A DNA stretch of 64,000 bases from an uncultured Candidatus Saccharibacteria bacterium (GTDB lineage Bacteria > Patescibacteriota > Minisyncoccia > Phycocordibacterales > UBA9973), in NCBI GenBank assembly GCA_964456475.1, contig CAYVZI010000003.1:14092-78091 (forward strand), given 5' to 3'. Numbering within the stretch: position 1 is the stretch's first letter; the number at the start of each line of letters is the position of its first letter. The position numbers were made by a program, and so were the translations under genes. This document shows, piece by piece, positions 54,968 through 61,880 of this stretch. The notes beneath the pieces were generated by a model, which did not search any database, was not told the DNA's origin, and was given only the letters and a program-made list of their open reading frames with translations.

Positions 54968-55813
54968 ATGGAATTAAAATATGTTGATGTGCACGCCCAT
55001 GTGAATTTCAAGGCCTACGACGAAGATCGGGAGGCTGTAATTGAGCGGGCGCGAGAAGCTGGGGTGTCCATGATGAATGTGGGTACTCAGCAAGATACCT
55101 CGATGGATGCGGTGCGTCTTGCAGAAAAATATGAAAGTGGGGTGTATGCGGCGATAGCCTTGCATCCAATTCATACTGCGGCATCATTTCATGATGCTAA
55201 AGAGCTTGGCGAAGAGGCGAAGGCTTTTACGAGTCGGGGAGAGATATTCGATCCAGTATTTTATGAGAAGCTCGCCGAAAATCCAAAGGTCAAAGCTATC
55301 GGCGAATGTGGACTCGATTATTATCGACTGGAAGAAAATACCGCTGAATTACAAAAAAAAGTGTTCATTCAACATATTGAGATTGCCAATAAAGTAGGGA
55401 AGCCGCTCATGTGTCATATTCGCAATGCCCTACACCAAGGCTCGGTCGGCCAAGCATATAAAGATGCGGCAGATATTTTGCGCACCCACGCAAAAGTAAA
55501 AGGAGATATTCATTTCTTTGCCGGCACCTGGGAAGAAGCGCAATGGTTTCTCGATCTTGGATTCACGCTCTCATTCACGGGTGTTATTACATTTACAAAA
55601 GATTACGATGAAGTGGTACGTAATACTCCACTCAATATGATTCTCTCTGAAACTGACTGTCCGTACATCACCCCAACTCCGTATCGAGGACAACGCAATG
55701 AACCAATACACGTAAGGGAAGTGGTCAAAGCAATCGCACGAATCAAAGATCTTGATGAAGAGACAGTTCGACTGCAGCTAGTAGAAAATGCTAAACGAGT
55801 GTTTGGATTTTAA
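54968..55813 (+). CDS. tatD: TatD-family metal-dependent hydrolase/DNase
   Basis: VDVHAHVNF and other TatD His/Glu motifs. Classic metG-tatD linkage. Confidence 0.85.
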   Translation: MELKYVDVHAHVNFKAYDEDREAVIERAREAGVSMMNVGTQQDTSMDAVRLAEKYESGVYAAIALHPIHTAASFHDAKELGEEAKAFTSRGEIFDPVFYEKLAENPKVKAIGECGLDYYRLEENTAELQKKVFIQHIEIANKVGKPLMCHIRNALHQGSVGQAYKDAADILRTHAKVKGDIHFFAGTWEEAQWFLDLGFTLSFTGVITFTKDYDEVVRNTPLNMILSETDCPYITPTPYRGQRNEPIHVREVVKAIARIKDLDEETVRLQLVENAKRVFGF

Positions 55814-55816
55814 ATA

Positions 55817-55850
55817 AAAATACCCCAGCCTCATTAAGGTTGGGGTATTA
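55817..55850. terminator. Bidirectional terminator
   Basis: AATACCCCAGCC-TCATTAA-GGTTGGGGTATT. Confidence 0.75.
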
Positions 55851-56151
55851 ACTTTGATCTTTGTATAACCACACCGGCAATCATTTTTTTAATCTCGTCT
55901 TTGGTATTCCAGTACTGAATACCTGTATATGCATCACCGTCTTTTCTTGCATCAAATAATTTTCCAAAACATTCCTTTACAAAAGCAAGGGAAACAGTTT
56001 CTACTCCAGTAAAATCGCAGAGGATTGCTTCAACCTTACCAAAATATTCTTCCATTTTTTTGCGCATTTGCTCACCTTGTTCTATCGAGGTAAGTTCCGC
56101 ATTTACATTGGGTCCTCCAAATATGACCTCAGGTATTTTATTGTTTTCCAT
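55834..56151 (-). CDS. DUF4325 (STAS-like) domain protein
   Basis: ILCDFTGVETVSLAFVKECFGKL matches the DUF4325 core pattern. Confidence 0.5.
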   Translation of the reverse strand: MENNKIPEVIFGGPNVNAELTSIEQGEQMRKKMEEYFGKVEAILCDFTGVETVSLAFVKECFGKLFDARKDGDAYTGIQYWNTKDEIKKMIAGVVIQRSKLIPQP

Positions 56152-56332
56152 ATTCTTGTTTTTCTAAACAGTACAGAAAAAGATCAATCTTGTCAAAAAT
56201 GATTATTTTTGGTAGTCTATGAACGTCTTATTCGATAGGTGACTGAACGCCTATCGCAAGGTCCGAAATGAGACAATATGCTTTTTAAGCATATATTACA
56301 AGGTTTTCTAGCGGTTTACCGCACATTATAAT

Positions 56333-56830
56333 ATGGATGAAATGACACCTGTAGAAGTATCTGACAACGGAGTATACGAAGTTGGATTTATTCTCGTGCC
56401 TGAAATTACCGAGGAAAAACTCCCGGAAATGTTTGGCAATCTTAAAAATGCTATCCTAGATATGGGAGCGATTGCAATTTCGGAAGAATTTCCAAAGTTG
56501 ATCACGCTTGCATACACCATGGAGCGTACGATCAACAACAAGATCGAGCGATTCACTGAAGGAAATTTTGGATGGATCAAGTTCGAACTTGATAGTAGTA
56601 AAGTAGAAGGTCTCGAAGCAGCACTTCGCCTTCGTACTGATCTTGTTCGTCACTTGCTTATCAAAACAGTTCGCGAAAACACAATCGCAAGTAAAAAAGG
56701 CTTTGGTGTTCGCCGACGTCCAGGAGGAAAAGAGGAAGGCAAGGAAAAAGATGTTCAGCCTGAAATGTCAAAAGAGCAGATTGATCGAGAGATCGAAGCT
56801 TTGGTAGACGACAAGGAGACCACTGCTTAA
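56333..56830 (+). CDS. rpsF: 30S ribosomal protein S6 with a C-terminal charged extension
   Basis: S6 fold pattern. Position in the rpsF-ssb-rpsR operon. Confidence 0.8.
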   Translation: MDEMTPVEVSDNGVYEVGFILVPEITEEKLPEMFGNLKNAILDMGAIAISEEFPKLITLAYTMERTINNKIERFTEGNFGWIKFELDSSKVEGLEAALRLRTDLVRHLLIKTVRENTIASKKGFGVRRRPGGKEEGKEKDVQPEMSKEQIDREIEALVDDKETTA

Positions 56831-56918
56831 ACTCAAGCTTTAAATTAAGAATCACTGGGAGATTAATAGTTTAATAATAGGGGTGATTTGTATCGTGGGC
56901 ATCACTCCTCGAAAATAT

Positions 56919-57374
56919 ATGTTTTTCAACAAAGCAATCATCATCGGTAATGTGACTCGTGATCCAGAAATGAAGGCATTGCCTTCCGGTGCAAAAGTTA
57001 CACAGCTTTCGATCGCAACAAATCGCGTATGGAAAGATGCAAACGGTGCAAAAAAGGAGCAGTCTGATTTTCACAACATTGTAGTGTTCGGTCGCCAAGC
57101 GGAGACTGTCGCACAGTATGTGAAGAAGGGATCTATGCTTATGGTTGAAGGACGCATTCAGACGCGCAGTTGGGACGGTGCTGATGGTAAGAAAAACTAT
57201 CGCACAGAAATCGTAGCTGACCGTGTGCAGTTCGGTCCACGTAGTGGAGCAGTTGGTGGAGGTACAACAGTTGCTGGATCAAACGATCCTCAGAGCAATG
57301 CTCCATCAAACAAGGAAGAAGACACTATCGATTATCCAATGGAGGATATTAATTCAGAAGATATTCCATTCTAA
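56919..57374 (+). CDS. ssb: Single-stranded DNA-binding protein
   Basis: OB-fold (NKAIIIGNVTRDPEMKALPSGAKVTQLSIATNRVWKD) and an acidic tail ending DIPF. Confidence 0.9.
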   Translation: MFFNKAIIIGNVTRDPEMKALPSGAKVTQLSIATNRVWKDANGAKKEQSDFHNIVVFGRQAETVAQYVKKGSMLMVEGRIQTRSWDGADGKKNYRTEIVADRVQFGPRSGAVGGGTTVAGSNDPQSNAPSNKEEDTIDYPMEDINSEDIPF

Positions 57375-57381
57375 ATTACCA

Positions 57382-57467
57382 GAAAATAGAAAATAGAAAA
57401 TAGAAAATAGCAGCCCAAAATCGGATATGCTATAACTACTTTCTACTTTCTACTAACTACTTACTAG
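57382..57467 (+). repeat. Quasi-palindromic heptamer repeats in the ssb-rpsR spacer: (AAAATAG)x4, then 25 nt, then (CTACTTT)x3
   Basis: Read directly. The arms pair with one mismatch per unit. Confidence 0.7.
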
Positions 57468-57470
57468 AAA

Positions 57471-57671
57471 ATGAAACAAGATTTTTTCTCATCAAATAAC
57501 ATAAAGCACATCGACTACAAGGATGTTGAGGTTTTGAAAAAATTCCTCGGTCCTACAGCCAAGATCCAAAGCGGACGCCGAACAGGCCTCTCTGCTTCGA
57601 ACCAACGCAAAGTAGCTCTCGCTGTGAAGCGCGCTCGATTCATGGGACTTATCCCGTACGTGCAGAAATAG
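57471..57671 (+). CDS. rpsR: 30S ribosomal protein S18
   Basis: IDYKDVEVLKKFL...RRTGLSASNQRKVALAVKRARFMGLIPY. Confidence 0.92.
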   Translation: MKQDFFSSNNIKHIDYKDVEVLKKFLGPTAKIQSGRRTGLSASNQRKVALAVKRARFMGLIPYVQK

Positions 57672-57812
57672 GTAAGCTCTCGAGCTTGTTAGAGAAAAAC
57701 CACCCCCCGAGGTGGTTTTTCTCTACACCTTGACTTTTTGCTTAAAATGTGCTAGGGTGTGTTTGATAAAAATCTAATTTCTTTTACGTAATCAAAAAAT
57801 AAAACTAGAAAA

Positions 57813-58745
57813 ATGAAAAAAATGTTTATTTTGCTCGCAGCGGCCATATTTGGCGCATTTTCAATTACTCATGCTCAGCTTACTGTAGCTATGAGCCAAT
57901 CCAATGCTCAGATGGGCATGAGGGTTGTAAGTATAATGACCGGAATGACACCGGGGAATACAATAGTGCGGAACATCCGTATGTATGATGACATTACCCA
58001 TACTGCCACTGCGGCGGGGTTGAGGGACACATTTGTGGCTATCAGCCCAATAGCGACCCGGGTGGATACATTACGTACTTCTGTGCCGTATCCACATGTT
58101 TACTTCATCACGGACACAGTGATGGAAATTGATTCAACCGGCGCCATTATCGACATTGCGTTTGCGGTAAATGATACTGGAATACGGTTATCACCGTATT
58201 TTATCAATCCGACTCAGGCTGTTAAGAACCATAAGTCTGACACGGCGAATGCATATTTTGACGGGACTTTTATGTCCGGATATGACGATGCTGTGGTGAC
58301 CGTTGTGGTTTCTTATGGTGACACTACTTTCAAGAACCCGGTAAAATCACATCCAGCGGTAATTGATACGATTTTGCCAATCTTGGGTACAACCGTGCAA
58401 GCAGTTTCAAGGGCAGTGGTAATTCCGATCGGGGTAAATAATTTTCCATACAGTTTCCGTGTGTATATACGGAACAGTAAAAAAACGGATTCGTCTGCGG
58501 TCTACAAAGGTCGCACCCACGGTGGAATAACTTCCGGTGTGATGGATCCAATCGGTAAGTTTTCGGGATACGTCTCGATTTACAACTTGGAAGGGAAGCT
58601 GATCTATGCTGATCATTTTATGGATGTATCAGACATGGATAAAGTTCGTGATGCTGTTTCAATCACCGGAATATATATCTTGGTTGTAAAAACAGAAACC
58701 GGCATACCGTGGATACAGGAAAAAATACGGATTTCAAAAGAATAG
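57813..58745 (+). CDS. Secreted protein with a C-terminal beta-sandwich that resembles a T9SS-type sorting domain
   Basis: Signal peptide MKKMFILLAAAIFGAFSITHA. C-terminus VSIYNLEGKLIY...ITGIYILVVKTETGIPWIQEKIRI. Confidence 0.5.
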   Translation: MKKMFILLAAAIFGAFSITHAQLTVAMSQSNAQMGMRVVSIMTGMTPGNTIVRNIRMYDDITHTATAAGLRDTFVAISPIATRVDTLRTSVPYPHVYFITDTVMEIDSTGAIIDIAFAVNDTGIRLSPYFINPTQAVKNHKSDTANAYFDGTFMSGYDDAVVTVVVSYGDTTFKNPVKSHPAVIDTILPILGTTVQAVSRAVVIPIGVNNFPYSFRVYIRNSKKTDSSAVYKGRTHGGITSGVMDPIGKFSGYVSIYNLEGKLIYADHFMDVSDMDKVRDAVSITGIYILVVKTETGIPWIQEKIRISKE

Positions 58746-58825
58746 ACAATATTTTTTCATGCAATAGTAAAAAACCTCCAGTAATGGAGGTTTTATTTTT
58801 TATACATTTCCCGCTTAATATTAAA

Positions 58826-58855
58826 AGAAGGCCATCGAGGCCTTCTTTTAATATG
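58826..58855. terminator. Bidirectional terminator. A second hairpin lies at 58780-58810.
   Basis: AAAAGAAGGCC-ATCG-AGGCCTTCTTTT. Confidence 0.75.
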
Positions 58856-58911
58856 TTTCTTACTTCGTGATTACTCGAAGTCTTCAAGAGCATAAATTTC
58901 CGGTAGGAAAT

Positions 58912-59493
58912 TTATGCTCTTTCCACATATTCACCAGTTTCGGTGTTTACTACAATTTTGTCGCCAGTTTCTACGAAAAATGGTGCGGAGATGTTTGTGC
59001 CGTTTTCGAGTGTGATAACCTTACCGCCACCGTTGGCAGTGTTGCCTTTGATTGATGGGGGAGCTTCTTTGACAACGAATGTTGTTTTGATTGGCAAAAT
59101 GACACCAATTGTTTCTTCCTCGTCCTCATCGTTGGTCCAAACGAGTGCCTGGACGATTTGGTTTGGATTTAAAAATTTTATTTTATCACCAAGGAGCTTG
59201 TCAGGAAGCATAAAACGATTCGAAGGATTTTTTGGGTCGGCAAACCAGTATTCACCTTTGTTGGTAAAAAGGAATTTCGTCTCGCGCTTTTCAAGATCAG
59301 CTTCGTCGGCTGAATCTGACACGTGAAAGACTTCGTTGTAGGCCTTACCACTCTTGAGTGAGCGGAGCTTTACTGCATTTTGAGGTTTGCGCTGTTGGGT
59401 GCGGGCAACGTGGTTGTCGAGCACTTCACATGGCTCATCATTATGAATGATAATTTTGCCGGTGCGGATTTCGTTGTATTCGAGTTTTGCCAT
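58912..59493 (-). CDS. efp: Elongation factor P
   Basis: KOW-like N-terminus (IRTGKIIIHNDEPCEVLD), the conserved loop ...VKLRSLKSGKAYNEVFHVSDS, and two OB domains. Confidence 0.88.
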   Translation of the reverse strand: MAKLEYNEIRTGKIIIHNDEPCEVLDNHVARTQQRKPQNAVKLRSLKSGKAYNEVFHVSDSADEADLEKRETKFLFTNKGEYWFADPKNPSNRFMLPDKLLGDKIKFLNPNQIVQALVWTNDEDEEETIGVILPIKTTFVVKEAPPSIKGNTANGGGKVITLENGTNISAPFFVETGDKIVVNTETGEYVERA

Positions 59494-59536
59494 AGGAATA
59501 GATAATTAGGCGCTAGATAATTAGGCTCTAGCAGAT
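59494..59536 (-). repeat. efp leader repeat. On the minus strand it reads CTAGAGCCTAATTATCTAGCGCCTAATTATCTATTCC directly before the ATG.
   Basis: Shares CTAGAGCCTAAT(A/T)ATCTA...ATTATCTA(A/T)TTC with the rplK leader. Confidence 0.65.
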
Positions 59537-59596
59537 ACGGATAATAAGGTCAGACAAGGGGATTCTACTTGAAATACGGCCTTTTTTCAAGCTCAA

Positions 59597-60085
59597 TTGA
59601 CTCACGGGTGCAATAGGGATATAGTTTTAAAAAATCATTTTCTTATGAACACACACACATTCAGATACGAACTTTACGGCCAACTCGCGTTTAGTATTGC
59701 CGTTGGACTGGTCCCAGGGGATTTTCTTACTCATTTTATTGAGAATAGCAGTACCTACAAGGCTTCGGTGCTTACGCTTGCCCGTAAAATGAATCCCGAT
59801 GTTACGCCAAATATTGTCATTAAATATTTGACTGATATTAGTAAACCTACCGAACTTTGGGTTTTGCATCCAGATAGAGAGTGTCCTATATTCGGAAAAT
59901 ATTCCGCGGTAGCGTATGCAGATTTTATTCTTCGCTCAACAAAGAACACCCCAAATCAGTTGCGCGAAAACCTTCATTCGATTATGGAGAACGGGCGTTT
60001 GTATGAGAATGGTCATTTGCGCACGGTAACACACAAAGAAATTGACTATTTTATCGAGCAGGTAGAAGCTGAGTTATCTTGCTAA
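59597..60085 (+). CDS. Hypothetical protein
   Basis: ORF only. Confidence 0.35.
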   Translation: MTHGCNRDIVLKNHFLMNTHTFRYELYGQLAFSIAVGLVPGDFLTHFIENSSTYKASVLTLARKMNPDVTPNIVIKYLTDISKPTELWVLHPDRECPIFGKYSAVAYADFILRSTKNTPNQLRENLHSIMENGRLYENGHLRTVTHKEIDYFIEQVEAELSC

Positions 60086-60087
60086 TT

Positions 60088-60128
60088 TAAATTGCGTTCT
60101 GGGTAAACCCAGAACGCAATTTTTTAAA
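60088..60128. terminator. Bidirectional terminator between the hypothetical gene and recA
   Basis: TTGCGTTCTGGG-TAAA-CCCAGAACGCAATTTTTT. Confidence 0.8.
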
Positions 60129-60168
60129 GCTAAAAAGCTTAACAGCTGCAAAGCTTGAAAGCTGTTTT

Positions 60169-61242
60169 CTACTCTCCCGCGCTTGCGACTTGGATTTCGC
60201 TGAAGCGTGAGCGGATTGTCTTTTCGATTTCTTTTTCCATTTTCGCGTTTTGCTTGAGGAATGTGCGAGTGGCGTCATAGCCACGACCCATTTTGACTTC
60301 TTCAGCTTTGCTCCCATCTTTGTTTTGCGGGGTATACGTATATGATCCACCGGAAGATTTGGCAACGATACCAATCTTTTCTCCGAGAGCCATGAGTTCG
60401 CCTTCGTATGAAATTCCTTCACCGTAGATGATATCGAACTCAGTCTGCTTGAATGGGGCAGCGACCTTGTTTTTGACCACTTTCACGCGCGTGCGACCTC
60501 CGACCACTTCTTCGCCTTTTTTGATCTGGGCAATGCGACGAATGTCGAGACGGATAGATGTGTAGAATTTGAGCGCCTTTCCACCTGGAGTGGTTTCTGG
60601 GTTGCCGAACATGATACCGATTTGCATGCGAATCTGGTTGATGAAGATAACGACAGTGTTTGATTTTGAAACGATGGCGGTGAGTTTGCGGAGCGCCTGA
60701 CTCATGAGGCGTGCTTGTTTACCGACGTGTTGTGCTCCCATGTCACCCTCGATTTCATCTTTTGGAGTAAGTGCGGCTACTGAGTCGATAACCACCACGG
60801 CAATCTTTCCCGAACGGACGAGTGATTCACAGATTTCGAGACCTTGTTCACCAGTATCAGGCTGGGAGATGAGGAGTTCGTTGGTATTTACGCCAAGGTT
60901 CTTGGCATAGACTGGGTCCATTGCGTGTTCGGCGTCGATGAATGCACAGATACCGCCTTTCTTTTGGGCTTCAGCCACAATGTGGAGGGCGAGCGTGGTC
61001 TTACCAGAGGATTCCGGTCCAAAGATTTCGATGATACGTCCGCGGGGGATTCCTCCGACACCAAGAGCCATATCAAGCCCCATCGATCCTGATGGGATGA
61101 CATCGACATCCACTTTTGGAGTGTCGCCGAGCTTCATGATCGCACCCTCTCCAAACTTTGTTTGGATTGATTTGATGGTGTCGATGATGTCCATCCCAGT
61201 TTCTTTCTTTTCTTTCGGCGCTTTTTTTGCAAATCCAGCCAT
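60169..61242 (-). CDS. recA: Recombinase RecA
   Basis: Walker [15 protein letters not shown]1/L2 loop regions, KLGDT. About 357 aa. Confidence 0.95.
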   Translation of the reverse strand: MAGFAKKAPKEKKETGMDIIDTIKSIQTKFGEGAIMKLGDTPKVDVDVIPSGSMGLDMALGVGGIPRGRIIEIFGPESSGKTTLALHIVAEAQKKGGICAFIDAEHAMDPVYAKNLGVNTNELLISQPDTGEQGLEICESLVRSGKIAVVVIDSVAALTPKDEIEGDMGAQHVGKQARLMSQALRKLTAIVSKSNTVVIFINQIRMQIGIMFGNPETTPGGKALKFYTSIRLDIRRIAQIKKGEEVVGGRTRVKVVKNKVAAPFKQTEFDIIYGEGISYEGELMALGEKIGIVAKSSGGSYTYTPQNKDGSKAEEVKMGRGYDATRTFLKQNAKMEKEIEKTIRSRFSEIQVASAGE

Positions 61243-61246
61243 TTGA

Positions 61247-61284
61247 TTAGGGTCTAGGTTCTAGGGACTAGGTTCTAGTCGCTC
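61247..61284. repeat. TAGG-type heptamer repeat immediately upstream of the recA start codon (TAGGGTC-TAGGTTC-TAGGGAC-TAGGTTC-TAG)
   Basis: Shares GGTTCTAGGGACTAGG with 45208-45232. Confidence 0.65.
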
Positions 61285-61375
61285 GACACCCAGATGTGAT
61301 TAACTTCTAATAATTATTTTTAGGATTGGGATGAACAGATGCAGTTTGAGGCGAAAACTGTATTTTGCACGGAAA

Positions 61376-61390
61376 CGTACTAGAAGTACG
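61376..61390. promoter_or_regulatory. Palindrome CGTACTAGAAGTACG (GTAC-N5-GTAC) in the recA upstream region. Candidate SOS/LexA-type operator.
   Basis: Read directly. The same GTAC-N5-GTAC core sits in the elements at 16542-16556 and 34082-34096. Confidence 0.35.
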
Positions 61391-61441
61391 GTGAGTACAA
61401 AATAGGGTTTTCAACAATGAAATGCGCTGTTCATACCGATC

Positions 61442-61795
61442 CTAACTTTTGTAATAAATTCGATATATCTTTTCGGTGGTTCTTTTGAATCGGTCGGTGA
61501 CCTCAATCTGTATTGTATTCTCTCCCGGCAATAGAGCAAGCGTGTCTTCCCAGGTGCCATCTCCAGCCAAGGACACGGTATGACCGTTGATGACAAGCAG
61601 GTTTGCGTGCCGAGCATTGCCAGAATACGTGAGGATACCTTCGCTTGTAGACATACCGTCGTGTATTCCATCGACAGAGAATGAAATGCCAAACAATATA
61701 TCTCGCCCGATCCATATTCCGTATCCGAGAACGAGTACGATGCTGGTAATGGCACCTCCTATTCTAAGTGTTTTTTTGAGATTGAAACGTTCCAT
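61442..61795 (-). CDS. Small membrane-anchored hypothetical protein with a beta-sandwich-like domain
   Basis: ORF and N-terminal TM segment. Start placed at MERFNLKK. Confidence 0.4.
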   Translation of the reverse strand: MERFNLKKTLRIGGAITSIVLVLGYGIWIGRDILFGISFSVDGIHDGMSTSEGILTYSGNARHANLLVINGHTVSLAGDGTWEDTLALLPGENTIQIEVTDRFKRTTEKIYRIYYKS

Positions 61796-61880
61796 AACGT
61801 AAAAATTAAAATGAAAAAAGCAAAACGACAACTAAAAATCTAAAATGGAATGCGGGTTAATAATTTTTCATTTTTATCTT

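Noticed and set aside
57382-57467. CRISPR array
   Set aside because: The repeats are 7-nt units in 3-4 copies without spacers of CRISPR size. No array with repeats of 24 nt or more and regular spacers exists anywhere in the window.
60087-60422. 111-aa minus-strand ORF overlapping the recA 3' end
   Set aside because: Out-of-frame overlap with recA. Lys/Ser-rich low complexity.
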